A stretch of DNA of 64,000 nucleotides from contig CM082587.2 of the NCBI GenBank assembly GCA_040954595.2, positions 10,545,403 through 10,609,402 of the forward strand. Reading direction: 5' to 3'. A program made the translations under genes and the position numbers. The notes below the pieces were generated by a model that was given only the letters and a program-made list of their open reading frames with translations, had not been told where the DNA came from and made no database searches. The stretch comes from Balanoglossus misakiensis (Eukaryota; Animalia; Hemichordata). Within the stretch, counting starts at the first letter, position 1; each line of letters opens with the position of its first letter. This document shows positions 23,944-36,141 of this stretch, in pieces.

Positions 23944-26900
23944 CTTTATCACAAAGTGTCCCTTCGAACCTCGGAGGGCATTCACATGTGAATTCCATTA
24001 TTCCATCGTGACAAGTGGAACCATTTTGACATGTCATGTTACCATGGCAATCATCAATGTCCCACAGTGGCTGCCTTCAAATCCATTGATTAGCACACAA
24101 ACAATAATAACTGCCTAAAGTGTCGTAACATGTTGAATTATTCTCACAGGGGTACTCGTCACATTCATTGATATTATGTTCACAGAAGTCTCCTTCAAAC
24201 CCTGTTAATGTGAAGAAACAAAGGATTATGCCAAACAAATTTATAAAAAAGGGAAACAGCAGCAAACATTTCTGGGCTTGATTCGTGATGCAATCTAAAT
24301 AGAATGATTATGATATAAAAGCATCCACCACAAAATTAATATTCTCAGCCCTCTCCTGGTTCTTATGATAGACATACAACATACGACATACAGCCTTTGG
24401 TTGACACAACACTTCCTGGATCCATTCTAAATTTATACCTCTACAGCTGCCAATTTTTGAGCATTACACAGTATAAATGATTGTAGTGTGCTATCCGATC
24501 AGGTTCCACTATATCTTGTTTTTAAGAAAATGCACACTTTTGGGGGTTTATGACTTCGGTATTGGACAAAAAATACAATTCCCGGAAGGAAATCCAAATC
24601 TGTTAGTTACCTGGTTGACAATTACAAGTGTACGTGTTCAGTCCATCAATACATTCGGCTTCATTCTGGCACGGGTCACCAATGCAGTCATCAATATCCT
24701 CATCACAGTTCTTACCACCATACCCAACTACACATCTGTAGGAAAGGAATATTTCACATTATATTACAATTGCCTTTGCGTCGCATTTCAATTGGTCGAG
24801 ATGAACGATGTCACTGACCACAAATACTCAGTAATGGTTTGTTTACATGCGTGTAAATCTGAATGGTTATATTAACAAACAGTTCAGTGAATACAACATT
24901 TTGCGTAACACAAGTTCCGGGGCCCCAAGTCTTTTGCGTGGAACATTTTTGTAAATTTTGACGGTTTTCTTCAGTTCGTTGGTAATATAATGGAAATACA
25001 TGTAACCGACTCCAACCTGACCATTAACGTTTCTTTATGGGCTAGGGCTCGATGAAAGCCAAAATTCATGGGCACGGAAGCCTCGCCCATGAATTTTTGG
25101 CTTTCCCCTCGCCCATAAACAAACTTTAATGGTCAGGGCGTCGTCCATTATTTATATATTATCTGTCTGCTGGTTTTACCTGCCAATTATGTGCAACCAA
25201 ATTGATTTTTCATAATCGAATAAACATACAAAATTTGATATGGTACGTCAGCCTCATTGAATCTGGTTTCATGTATTTAGTGGTAGGATTGAGTTTATAG
25301 TCACTTCCAATTTACATACGTTCATATATGGCTGAAATGGCGTATTTGAGCATTCTAAAGAACATACTGGCCCTCTATTTTTGCGTGTGCTACCCACTGA
25401 AAATCTGAGACAGGCTAGATCCCAATTTACCATGGTAACTTTAGCTAAATTAGCATAGGTGACCATATACCTTTAACTTACTACATGTAATTAGATAGTT
25501 CAGCTTCCTGACTCATATGATTGGAAAATTTCAAGCATGACATGCAAAAGGATGTCTATACTCGTCATCAGATTTCACCCATTCATCCCAGTTCCCTCTA
25601 TAGAGGTCCAACCTTACCATAGATGACAATGAATTTGGACTGGACCATTGAAATTTGTGGTGAAAGGGTTAAGATAGATGTGACGTGGGATCAGCTTCTT
25701 CGTGGTGGGGGCATGTGTGCTTCTGCACAAAATTTGGCAAAACAAGTTTTCAAAACTAATGAATGAAATCAATATGTACCGATTAAAAAAAAAATGTATA
25801 CTCACTGGCAAATGTAATCATTGATGAGGTCAGTGCAGTTGCCACTATTCTGACATGGATCAGGAGCACATTCATTGATGTTTTGCTCGCAGCGAAGACC
25901 GGTAAAACCGTCAACACAACTGCATTCATATGCATTCACTAAATCATTACAAGTACCACCATTGACACAAGGATTGGACTCACATTCGTTGATTTCATCC
26001 TGAAAATACATGAATTTATTAGACATGTTATAGTATAAATTTATAAAATTTTAATGGGCAGATATCTTTATGTTTACTACTGATCAGGTTTTAGAATTTT
26101 TTCCACAGCAGATAACACTTAATTTCATTCAAACACTATCCACAAAACTAACAAGGTTATGACCATTTTAAAGTTTACTAGTATTTTGTATCACAGTGTT
26201 GTCATGGTAATGGATAGTACCCCACAGCTCTTAAATGTACGAGAAAACTACTGGGTTTGTTGCACTTTAGAAGTTGCAGTTAAGCATCTCTGGGTCTGGT
26301 CTGCAAAGGAAAATTCACTTTTCCATAATAATTGGAGTAATTGCTTAATCACAACATGTGAATATGTTAAGTTAAAAGACCAACCTGACAGTTTTGCCCA
26401 GTATATCCTGGCAAACAATGACACATGTATGCTTCAGTTTCAACAAGGACTTCACACACGCCTTCATTATGACATGGGTTTGGCATGCACGGTTCTGTCT
26501 GGTTTTGACAAAGGCAGCCTACAAAAATAATAACGCTAGAAATTAAATTTTGTTTTAGCGGTATGTTACATTCAGGACATAAAATGCCAGATGACATTAC
26601 TATTGAAAAACCTTACCGTGTAAGAGAATTGTGATCAAGTAATTATCATGCAGGGATTTAAAATATATGAATCTAAATACTGTAAAATGGGTTATTTTCG
26701 TGACAGGAAATTTTCGCGATATCAAAAGAAGCAACTGTGAGGATTACTTTTCTTGGTCTAGTATTTCACTTCATCGTTATCTCCGAAAAAAAAAAAAATT
26801 AGGCAACTTTTTATTTTCACGTTTTTTTGGCTCTTGCATATTTTGCGAAAAATGTATTGCTCGCGAAAATAACCCGTTTTACAGTATATAAATGTTCTGC

Positions 26901-28040
26901 CAATACAAATTGCACATCACTTTCTATTAATTTTAAAGCTCCATTAGCTGTAACTTTTTGGTATGTTTTCAATATTTTTGTTTTGTGTATTTACTGCAGG
27001 TTTTTGTTTGAATACTTAACACATAAGGAAATGCCTAGCATCTAGTTTATCACCAAAACATATATGTGTATATAAGTCACCATTATTACTGTGCAAAATT
27101 TGAATTTAAGTCCCGACCAGCATTCATTTGTCAACAATAAACAGTGACTGTTATGCACATACATACTATGGTGACAAGTAGAGTACTGGGCATATATAGC
27201 ATGCTGTTTTGTTCAGTGTCCAAAATTACATTACATTTGGTACACAGAACAAAAATACTGGAAATAAAGCCAAAAGTTATAGGTAATGTCCCTTTAAATT
27301 GAAACATGTACTTTCGTACGACAACAAACATTCAACAGACTCACCAGTCCAGCCATAAACACATGCACATGTGAATCCATTGACCTCATCTTGGCACATT
27401 CCACCATTTTGGCAGAGAACGTCCTGGCAATCATCTATGTTATGTTGACACATCGATCCTCGGAATCCTTCCACACATTCACATCTCCAGGAGTTCACAC
27501 GATCTAGACACGTTGCACCATTGTGACAAGGATTTGGTTGACAGTCATCTGTGATAAAAATTAAAATTTTAGATTTTATGAGATTATGAAGAAAGATTTA
27601 ATTTTAAGAATAAGGTGGATATAAATTATAATACCAGTTGTTTATACTGTACTGTACTAAGTTCTATTTGTCAGATAAAATTACGTACATGACATTTTGG
27701 AGAAGACTAAAAGATTTTCTATTCCAGCGTATTTAACATTCCCATTTTCCAAAGTCTGGGACTTTCAAGAATTTCCTAGATCAACACTTGATTCAAACAA
27801 AAGTTTGCGAAGAATTACCTATATTTTCTTCGCACAGCTCTCCTGTATATCCGGCTTTACACTGGCAAGCAAAGTCGTTGATCAAATTCTGACATTGCAT
27901 GGTTCCAACCAAGTCACAAGGGTCATCTGCACATTCATTGACATCCAATGAGCAGTCTCCTCCTTCATATCCAGGTGCACATGTACAGTTATAATCAGCA
28001 ATGAGGTCAATACAGGTGGCTCCATTTTGGCACGGATCAG
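23944..28040 (-). CDS. Ca-binding EGF repeat exon cluster (~23944-24201, 24611-24735, 25806-25999, 26385-26518, 27345-27548, 27820-28040)
   Basis: Repeated DINEC..PC.NG.TC.D.VN.Y.C.C..GF.G..C; the 24-kb exon carries an in-frame TGA. Confidence 0.9.
24751..25160 (+). mobile_element. Non-autonomous Crypton-like hairpin element (degenerate)
   Basis: Hairpin ~25008-25146 with CTCG bubbles; distal IR ATTTCACATTATATTACAA vs TTGGTAATATAATGGAAAT next to the hairpin; ATTGGTCGAG motif. Confidence 0.65.
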
Positions 28041-28101
28041 TTCAGTTCAGTTCAGTTCAGTTCAGTTCATAAGGGACAAATATCTAAGATAATAAGGTCC
28101 C

Positions 28102-30999
28102 TCAAATCCTATCAGTTGCTTGAAAATAAATGTCAATATTGTTCTTGAAATTGTTTGTATCCTTTGACATAATCACAAAGTCCGGTAAAGCGTTCCACTC
28201 GTTCACAACACGAACAGGAAATGAATATTTGCGAATGTCTAGTCTGGATGGCAGCTTTTGGAGCTTGTAGTCATGACCTCTAGTTGTTGAGCACAAACTT
28301 CTCATCAAGGTAACTGAGCAGCGATCTACGTTATTCAAAATTTTAAAAACCTCTATCATATCACCTCTTACACGGCGGGTTTCAAGGGTTGTAAGCCCTA
28401 ATATATGCATTCTCTCAGGGTAACTTTTTCCACGGCACTCTGTTACTAGCTTAGTAACGCGACGCTGAACTTTTTCCAGGGCAGCAATATCTTTTTTGAG
28501 CCATGGAGCCCAGGCTTGGGACGCATATTCCAAATGTGGTCTGACAAATTGTTTGTAAAGGCGTACTATGACGTCCTTGGTTCGAAGGGTAAAACTTCTT
28601 TTAATCATTCCAATGATCCTGGTCGCTTTCAGTACTGCTTCTGAACACTGTTTACTTGGTTTAAAACTTCTATCAATGATGACACCAACATCCTTTTCCT
28701 CTTCTACTTCTGCAAGCATGGATTCGTTCATACAGTATTCATAACCTGGGTTGTTTGAACCAGCATGTAAGACCTTGCATTTAGCTACATTAAACTGCAT
28801 AAGCCAATTATCTGACCAGTCAGTAAGTTTGTTAAGATCTTCTTGCAATACCAGGTAGTCGTCTTCATTTTCAACTTTCCTGTACACTTTCGTGTCATCT
28901 GCGAATTTCTTAATATTGGAAGATATGTTGATGTCAATGTCATTAATAAAGATAAGGAACAATACAGGCCCAAGGACAGATCCCTGTGGCACTCCACTGG
29001 ATACTGGTTCCCAGGATGAACTCCTTCCATGTATCACCACACGCTGTTTCCTATTGGCCAACCACTCAGCAATCCAATCACTTATGTGGCCTACTATACC
29101 ATGTGCCTGTAATTTCCTTATCAGCCTTTTATGTGCCACTTTGTCAAACGCCTTTGCAAAGTCCAGATAAATAATATCAACTGGATGACCTTCATCTAGA
29201 TACTCAGTTACGTCATCTAGGAACTCCAATAAATTAGTTAAACAGGACTTGCCAGAAGTGAAACCATGTTGTGATGGAAGTATCAATTGCTGTTCATCTA
29301 GATGCTTCACTATACTGTCTCTTAGGCATGATTCCATTAGTTTGCAAACCACCGATGTCAAACTCACTGGTCTGTAATTACCTGGAGTACTCTTCTTTCC
29401 TTTTTTGAAAATCGGGCACACATTTGCTTGTTTCCAATCCTCAGGAACAATCGTTTCCTTTAGTGATCTATTAAACAAAACTGTCAATGGATATGCAAGT
29501 TGAGAACAGCATTCTACTAAAACTCTTGTTGTTACACCATCAGGACCTGGTGCCTTGGTTACTTTGAGAGTTTTGATTTTTGACTCAACAGTCTCCTGTG
29601 TTATACTAATAGTGCTCAGCTTATTGGCTCCATCACCTGCAAAGTTCACTGGATCCGCTAAATCTGAGCTGTCTTCAGTTGTGAATACTGATGAAAAGAA
29701 TCTGTTCAATAGTTCTGCCATCTCTTTGTTGTCACTTGTCAATTCACCGTCTTCATTTACCAAAGGTCCAACAGTCTCCTTCGTTTTCTGCCTTGACCTT
29801 ACATATGAATAGAACAACTTTGGGTTATTTTTCACTTCATCACTCAGCGACCTCTCGTAATTCTGTTTAGCCTCTTTGACTTTTCTTGTCACTAAATTTC
29901 TACATTGTCTATACTCCATAAGGTCATTTAAATCTCTTGAATAACAGTACTTCTTCCACAACTTGTGTTTCTTCCTAATTGACCACAGAGTGTCTTTGTC
30001 TAACCATCTTGGTCTGTTTTTCCTCTGTTTCTTCTTCAGTGGTATATGTTTTGAAATGTTTTCCTGAATGGTGTCTCTTAAAAATTTCCAGCAGTCATTT
30101 AGTGGTACACTTGTATCAGCAACACGTTTATTCCAGTTTATTTGCTCAAATGCATTGTTCATCCCATCAAAATCTGCATTCCTTACATCCGGAATAGTGT
30201 CATTATCACAGACTTCTCTCCTTTCCACTGTGATGTCGCATTCAATAATAACATGGTCACTACTGCCAAGATGTCCAACCTGTCTGCAATCTTCCACCAT
30301 ATTGGCTTCTGATGTAAATACTAAGTCCAAAATATTCTGTCCTCTAGTAGTGAAATTTATATGCTGTGTTAAACAACACTCCAAGATACAGTCCAAGAAT
30401 AATCCACTGCTGCTACTTGCACTGAGCCTTCCCCACTCTATATCAGGGTAGTTAAAATCACCAACAATCACACAGTGTTTGGTAGATACAAGTTTCAGGA
30501 TTTGCAGAAGGTTCTCATTGTTCAGTTCACTACTGTTCGGGGATCTGTATACAACACCAAACAACAGGGGAGTCGACGAGGACTGTAGTTTCAGCAGACA
30601 CCATTTCGAATTCGTAAAAACTATATTTGTGGGAACTTCAAATTCACTAGCATCGATACCATCTTTGATATATATCAATACTCCACCACCACGACCTCCA
30701 TGTGTATCTTCTCTGTCCTGTCTAAACATTGTTGAATAGCCTTCAATGCTCAGCTCTGAATTCTTAATGTCTCTATGCGTCCATGTCTCTGTAATTGCAA
30801 TGACATCATACTTATTATCCAGTACTACTGCTTCAAGCTCTTCTCTCTTGTTCATCACACTCTGTGCATTGGTGTAGAGACATCGAAGATTAGCATTCAT
30901 ATTTACATATACATCTCTATCTGGCTTCCTCTTATCACTAGTTTTATTTACATTATGTACAGTCTTACTTGTTTTCAGTTTAGAATTAGAGTTTGTCAT
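28102..30999 (-). CDS. LINE ORF2: APE endonuclease + reverse transcriptase (965 aa, intact)
   Basis: YTNAQS, ITETW, VGDFNYP, SDH; NYRPVSLTS, DFAKAFD, SGVPQGSVLGP, FADD. Confidence 0.97.
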   Translation of the reverse strand: MTNSNSKLKTSKTVHNVNKTSDKRKPDRDVYVNMNANLRCLYTNAQSVMNKREELEAVVLDNKYDVIAITETWTHRDIKNSELSIEGYSTMFRQDREDTHGGRGGGVLIYIKDGIDASEFEVPTNIVFTNSKWCLLKLQSSSTPLLFGVVYRSPNSSELNNENLLQILKLVSTKHCVIVGDFNYPDIEWGRLSASSSSGLFLDCILECCLTQHINFTTRGQNILDLVFTSEANMVEDCRQVGHLGSSDHVIIECDITVERREVCDNDTIPDVRNADFDGMNNAFEQINWNKRVADTSVPLNDCWKFLRDTIQENISKHIPLKKKQRKNRPRWLDKDTLWSIRKKHKLWKKYCYSRDLNDLMEYRQCRNLVTRKVKEAKQNYERSLSDEVKNNPKLFYSYVRSRQKTKETVGPLVNEDGELTSDNKEMAELLNRFFSSVFTTEDSSDLADPVNFAGDGANKLSTISITQETVESKIKTLKVTKAPGPDGVTTRVLVECCSQLAYPLTVLFNRSLKETIVPEDWKQANVCPIFKKGKKSTPGNYRPVSLTSVVCKLMESCLRDSIVKHLDEQQLILPSQHGFTSGKSCLTNLLEFLDDVTEYLDEGHPVDIIYLDFAKAFDKVAHKRLIRKLQAHGIVGHISDWIAEWLANRKQRVVIHGRSSSWEPVSSGVPQGSVLGPVLFLIFINDIDINISSNIKKFADDTKVYRKVENEDDYLVLQEDLNKLTDWSDNWLMQFNVAKCKVLHAGSNNPGYEYCMNESMLAEVEEEKDVGVIIDRSFKPSKQCSEAVLKATRIIGMIKRSFTLRTKDVIVRLYKQFVRPHLEYASQAWAPWLKKDIAALEKVQRRVTKLVTECRGKSYPERMHILGLTTLETRRVRGDMIEVFKILNNVDRCSVTLMRSLCSTTRGHDYKLQKLPSRLDIRKYSFPVRVVNEWNALPDFVIMSKDTNNFKNNIDIYFQATDRI

Positions 31000-31025
31000 G
31001 TTATTTACACAATGAGCACCTCTTC

Positions 31026-31898
31026 TCAGTTTTTTGTATTCTCATTTTCTAATACTTGAGCTTCGGCATTGCTAACTTCAACAATTTTGCCTCTTCTTAT
31101 TCTCAAGTTCTTCTCTCCAGCCTTTCTTCTTTCCTTTAGTTCCAACCTCAGTTGTCTGTCCTTCTCTTGCTCTTGTTTTGTTAAATCTGGAGTAATATAA
31201 ATTGACTGGTATTCTTCAATTCCACTTTCTCTGAGTTTAGGAGCCACCTGTAACACCTTCTGTCTAATGTCTGGAGATGAAAGCCTTACTCTGATTGGTC
31301 TGTTATAGCTCTCTCCCCTCTGTATTCCGAGTCTTTGCACATTAATACTACCTAAGTCACATGCTGGCTCAATATCTTCAAAAATACTTTCCACCAAGCA
31401 TTTATCATCTCTGCCTATCACTTCTTTACAATTGCGAATTATCACATTACATCTTCTTTTTTCTTTGTCAAACTCATCAGATATACGTTTAGAGATATCG
31501 TCTTGCAGTTCATCAACATTCGACTGGAATTGGACAACACTCGTTTCTAGTTTGGTCACAGAACTTTTCAGACCAGTCAAGTCACACTGCATCTCTGCCT
31601 GCTTTTGTTCTATAACAGTTATTTTCGACATCAACTTTACCGCACAAGAGTTGCACTTCCTGCAATACCAATGTATCGGACTGTCATCTTCCTTCGTATT
31701 TTCATTCAGAAATTCGTACACACCCCTCGACACATTTTCACAGGAGGTGTGGTGCCAAAAGTTGCACATACCGCAAAGAAGGGCTGCCGTGTCTTCCTTT
31801 ATCGCCTTTCTACACGTCCCACATTCATTACCATGATGAATTCCCTCCTCTGACCTAGCTTTAGCACTTCCACGTCGTGTAACCACCTTGGCCGCCAT
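31026..31898 (-). CDS. LINE ORF1 with PHD finger and coiled coil (290 aa, intact)
   Basis: CGTC..CGMCNFWHHTSC..WYCRKC, heptad region, YITPDLT motif. Confidence 0.92.
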   Translation of the reverse strand: MAAKVVTRRGSAKARSEEGIHHGNECGTCRKAIKEDTAALLCGMCNFWHHTSCENVSRGVYEFLNENTKEDDSPIHWYCRKCNSCAVKLMSKITVIEQKQAEMQCDLTGLKSSVTKLETSVVQFQSNVDELQDDISKRISDEFDKEKRRCNVIIRNCKEVIGRDDKCLVESIFEDIEPACDLGSINVQRLGIQRGESYNRPIRVRLSSPDIRQKVLQVAPKLRESGIEEYQSIYITPDLTKQEQEKDRQLRLELKERRKAGEKNLRIRRGKIVEVSNAEAQVLENENTKN

Positions 31899-32137
31899 CT
31901 TGAATCACGTCTTCCTACGAACTCTCAGTGTCGCTGGAACTTCCTTCAATTTTCCAAGCCAATCGTGTTCATACCCGCTCAAAAAACCTCCAAAGTTAAT
32001 CTTGAACACTTCATGAACCGAACCTTGTAGGTTATTTTCGTCCACAAGAAAAATACAACGCTTGTTGAAATAGAGATTTTCAAGCAACTTTCAACATGTA
32101 CGCTCAGCGAAGAGCGCCCTCACGGTTTGTCCTCACG

Positions 32138-32305
32138 TCAGAAGCACACTCATCCACATCAATCTGGCAAAGATCACCTGAGTATCCATCTAGACATAGA
32201 CAGCTGTAGGTTGCATACTGTATGTCTGTTGTGTTAAATTCTTCACACAAGCCACCATTCTGACATGGCTCACTGCTGCACAGTGCAGGGATTTCACATT
32301 GATTT
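32138..32305 (-). CDS. EGF exon, 5' half (upstream of the LINE)
   Basis: NQCEIPALCSSEPCQNGGLC..CLCLDGYSGDLCQIDVDECASD. Confidence 0.88.
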
Positions 32306-32850
32306 CTATAAGAAAACAAAGAGTTTCCATAAAATATGCACAAAGTAAAACAATTCCAAAATACCTGCCTTCACTATTTCAGAACTACAGATTAATTGTT
32401 TTTATACAACACTGCAACTTGCAAGTCTTACTCCTGCATAATGGAAGAAATCTGAAGTTTTAGAACAGCCCAATGTGTTTTAACTTCACTTAAATTGATT
32501 CTTAATCAACACATAGATGTTACCATGGATAGTGTTCTTCAGGAGATTTGTATGTACAATTACCAGTAATGACTTAATGAAAGTGGTCCTTAGAACAAAG
32601 GTACTACACCTTTCCATGTGTTTTCGTAAACATGTAGTCATGAAGGTAGTAATACAAATGTATAATTGTGAGACAATGGCATCTAATTTCACTAAGTTAT
32701 GATCAGATGCATCTCTGTCATGCCACTGGCAAATGACTATATGTCTGTTCAATTTGGGATATATGTTTTCAATTCCTCTGATTTTGAGCATACTCCTCAT
32801 AAGCTGAACATTACAAACCTTTATGGATCTTTCAGGTTTGTTATAAGGAA

Positions 32851-33145
32851 TTATATTATACCAGTATATTGATGGTGTAAATCAAGCTATTTGATTGGTC
32901 GAGACACGACATGTGACCGTGATATAAAAGCCATATACCACAGTCATATATCATAGTCAAAGAAAATGCCTTTTTAAAATGTTTTAAGCAAAGTTTCAAT
33001 ATACTGGCATAATATAATAGCAATAAAACACCCCCAGCCATGGTATACAACTCCATATACGCACTCGCTATCGCTCGTGCATATATGTCGTGAACTGGTC
33101 AAAATCTCGTGGTATACCATGGCTGGGGGTGTTTTATTGCTTAAA
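32851..33145 (+). mobile_element. Non-autonomous Crypton-like hairpin element
   Basis: Hairpin 33019-33141 centred on GCA-CTCG-CTATCG-CTCG-TGC; distal IR TTATATTATACCAGTATATT vs AATATACTGGCATAATATAA. Confidence 0.75.
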
Positions 33146-33204
33146 TAAATACTGGTGCATATATATTAGGTATATCTGTACAATGTATGTGCACACTTGC
33201 GCAA

Positions 33205-33836
33205 ATAATTAGGGGTTATTACACGAATTTTGGTCGATAACGCGTCGTATTCGGGTGATTGTCCGTATTTTGACGAGTTGCGCTGCGCAACGAGTCAAAA
33301 TACGGACATCACGAGAATGCGTCGCGTTATCGACCAAAATTCGTGTAATAACCCCTTTATCATACATGCCTACCTATAAAACAGTACGATTTGCGAAAAT
33401 GCGCCGAGAAAAACAATTTCAAATTTGAACCGGGCGCTGGGATCACGGCAGTAGCCATGTTGTGACGTATGATGTGTGGGACGTAGTATCATTTTAAGGG
33501 GGTTGGCAGCTTCCATTACGATGGGCACATCCGCATTCTAAATAAAATTGTCTACGTTCACTTTCAAAATATCATGTTAACAATTTTGCATTGAGAATTT
33601 CGAAGAACTAAACATGACAAAACCGCCAGCTTTGAAAACTTTATTACAGCTTCTAATAACCGAATTTTACAACACCCCTCTCCACTAGAGTCCTATGGCT
33701 CGTGTGTCGCTCGCGCGCGCAGCGAACTGTCGCGCCGAGACGCGGACGCGATATTTTCACATTGTGAAATACCGTATAATATCTTCGGGGCGAGAACAAT
33801 AGAAAGTGTTAAATACAGGTGTTGCATGTATGATAA
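33205..33836 (-). mobile_element. Non-autonomous Crypton-like hairpin element
   Basis: Hairpin 33211-33356 with CGAG/CGAG at 33274/33291; adjacent TTATCATACATGC is inverted at 33824-33836 (GCATGTATGATAA). Confidence 0.78.
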
Positions 33837-33876
33837 AACACTTTAACATAACAAGAGAACATATTCGACTGCTTAC

Positions 33877-35386
33877 CCAATATAATGTGCTGAGCATTGA
33901 CAGCTATAACCATCTGCAGTGTTGGTACAGGTACCACCATTCAAACAAGGCAACATGTACTCGCATATATCAATAACTGAAATAAACGATGTAAACATAA
34001 AACCATAATGATCAAATTTGGTCAATATGTTTTTTTTTTTGCAAGAAACTCAAGAAATAGGAAAAGAATATGTAATCAATATATAAGTAATCCCTTCAAT
34101 TTTTATGCCAAATGTACCTACCTATACAGTCATCCAAACTATTGGCACCTTCATGGGTTGTACGCAGTCCTGTTGGACATGGGTTGCATTCTCTGGAACC
34201 ACTCTCATTCTGGTAATAGTGATGGGGACAAAGTACACATGGCTCAAGACCAGTGTTGGAATATGAGCCAACTGTGCATTTTTCTGGAAGTTAAATACAA
34301 ATTGAAATTTTAATATGATGTTGTATCCTGGAAAAGATGAAATGAGGCCAAAATAAAAAATATGTGCTGTTCCGATTACCCGACCTACCCTAATTATAAC
34401 CTGCTGACCCTAAACTTTTTAGAGCTTCGTAAACCCAGAAGTAAAAAAAAACATTGTTGTCAAACATACAAAATTTATGAAAATTGCGCAAATCATGCGA
34501 GAACTATGACGAAATCGCGCACATCACGCAGGACTATGATGTCATTCTTCTACACTATAGTTTTTTCTGATGTGAAATGCACATTGAGAGCTAAAAAAAA
34601 TCGCAAAATAAAAAAAAATCCTTACCTACCTACCTACCCTATTTCTGAAAACCATGTAATCGGAACAGCATATACTATTTTTTTGGCCCAATAAAAACTT
34701 GGCATTGTAAAATAATCTTCCTACCTTTGCAACTCTCTACTACAACTGCTACCCCGTGTGTTGACGTGTCATTTGGGCACAGATGACAATCAGTAGAACC
34801 ATAATCTGGTTGATAAGATCCTTGCACACATTGTGTACATGGAGCTTTACCATCATCTGAGTAATAGCCAGGTTTGCACAACTCTAAAAGTTAAAAAAAG
34901 ATCACAATTTGACCTTAAACACTATATATTCATAAACTGCATGTACTATTTAGTTTTGAATCATCACGTCATACAAAGATTGAAATCTAGAGATGTCAAT
35001 AGCAACACAGTCTTTTTACAATTACATCCAACAGAAGCACCTTGTTTGCATGATGTGCGATCTGTAAAATTCAAAGTATTCATGCAAAGTATTCATGTAA
35101 TGGCTTTTTTTAAAATCTCGTTTGTACGTGTTACCAAAACCGTATGTGGAATAAAATAAACGAGTCTGTCAGTCACAGTGCTAGCTCATCAGAGATGATG
35201 TGGTATTTGTTATAGACTATTTCTCTTACCAATACAGTCATCTTGACTCTTGCTGTGTTTATCGTGTGTACTATAACCTGATGGACAGGTAATGCATGAT
35301 GTTTGACCAGCGGAATTTTGATAAGATCCAACAGGACAGCTAGCACATTCATCTCCTGTATCATAAGTTCCAGCTGTACACGTCAC
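33877..35386 (-). CDS. EGF exon (~33877-33976) and three GCC2/GCC3 exons (~34121-34284, ~34725-34883, ~35230-35386)
   Basis: CTAGTYDTGDECASCPVGSYQ; CKPGYYSDDGKAPCTQCVQGSYQ; KCTVGSYSNTGLEPCVLCP; DICEYMLPCLNGGTC. Confidence 0.88.
34345..34688. mobile_element. Non-autonomous TIR element (GGCCAAAA..TTTTGGCC); inverted copy ~39030-39301
   Basis: TGCTGTTCCGATTAC...GTAATCGGAACAGCA inverted ends; two copies in window. Confidence 0.7.
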
Positions 35387-36141
35387 TACAATGTAACAGA
35401 TTAAAAAGACAAAGATGTTTAAAGTGAAGGGGTCATCGCGACACATTTGTTTGTTTATAAACATTATAATGCATCCACAAATCTCTGAAAATAGATAATT
35501 CTTAGGATGAATAACAAAGCAGCCAACCGCAGCATAGACTGGGCATGACAGAAACTGAAGATCCTAGTAGGTCTTGACGACTGCAGTGGGGTTTGTGCTT
35601 GTATTGGAGGACATATTCTCATCAAGGAGGACACCCACGCGGTGGGACAACCTCTTCCCTTTAACTCATCAAGGCACAGAAGTGACACATATACCAGTAC
35701 AGTAAAAATTGTCTTAACTGAACACCAAATGGACTGAAGAAACTGTTCAGTTTGCAGAGGTGTTTGGTTTTATAGACGTTCTTTTAACATGGTGTTCTAC
35801 ATGTATGTCGAAGAGACAGGACAATGCGTTTGGTTTACACAGGTTTCCAGATTCGACAGGGTTCAGTTTAGACAGGTTTTACTGTACTAATTAAATTATG
35901 CATTTTTTCGGAGCAACTGTCTATGAACAATTATATCAGGATAAATTGTGATGATAATGATGCTGTTTATAAGCTGTTGTGTAAGGTGTATATGCATGTA
36001 AGCCTTGGAGAGATGTCGAAGCATATGGTACACCAGTATAAGTCACTAGTGGGTTGGGATGAAAATATTTATAAGTTGACAAGTAATTGACACCATAAAC
36101 TTAGACTCTTGGTTCAAGGTATATTGGATTGATGATACTTA

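Larger units (their letters stand above)
28041..32137 (-). mobile_element. Full-length CR1-clade LINE inserted in an EGF exon
   Basis: 5'UTR + ORF1 + ORF2 + (CTGAA)n tail (28041-28069); TCAG duplicated at 28037-28040 and 32138-32141; host exon DVDECASD|PCQNG rejoins. Confidence 0.95.

Noticed and set aside
24077-24079. Selenocysteine or readthrough TGA
   Set aside because: It falls in a locally frameshifted stretch, not at a Cys position; better explained by indels
28785-31853. Many short antisense/alternate-frame ORFs over the LINE
   Set aside because: Shadows of ORF1/ORF2
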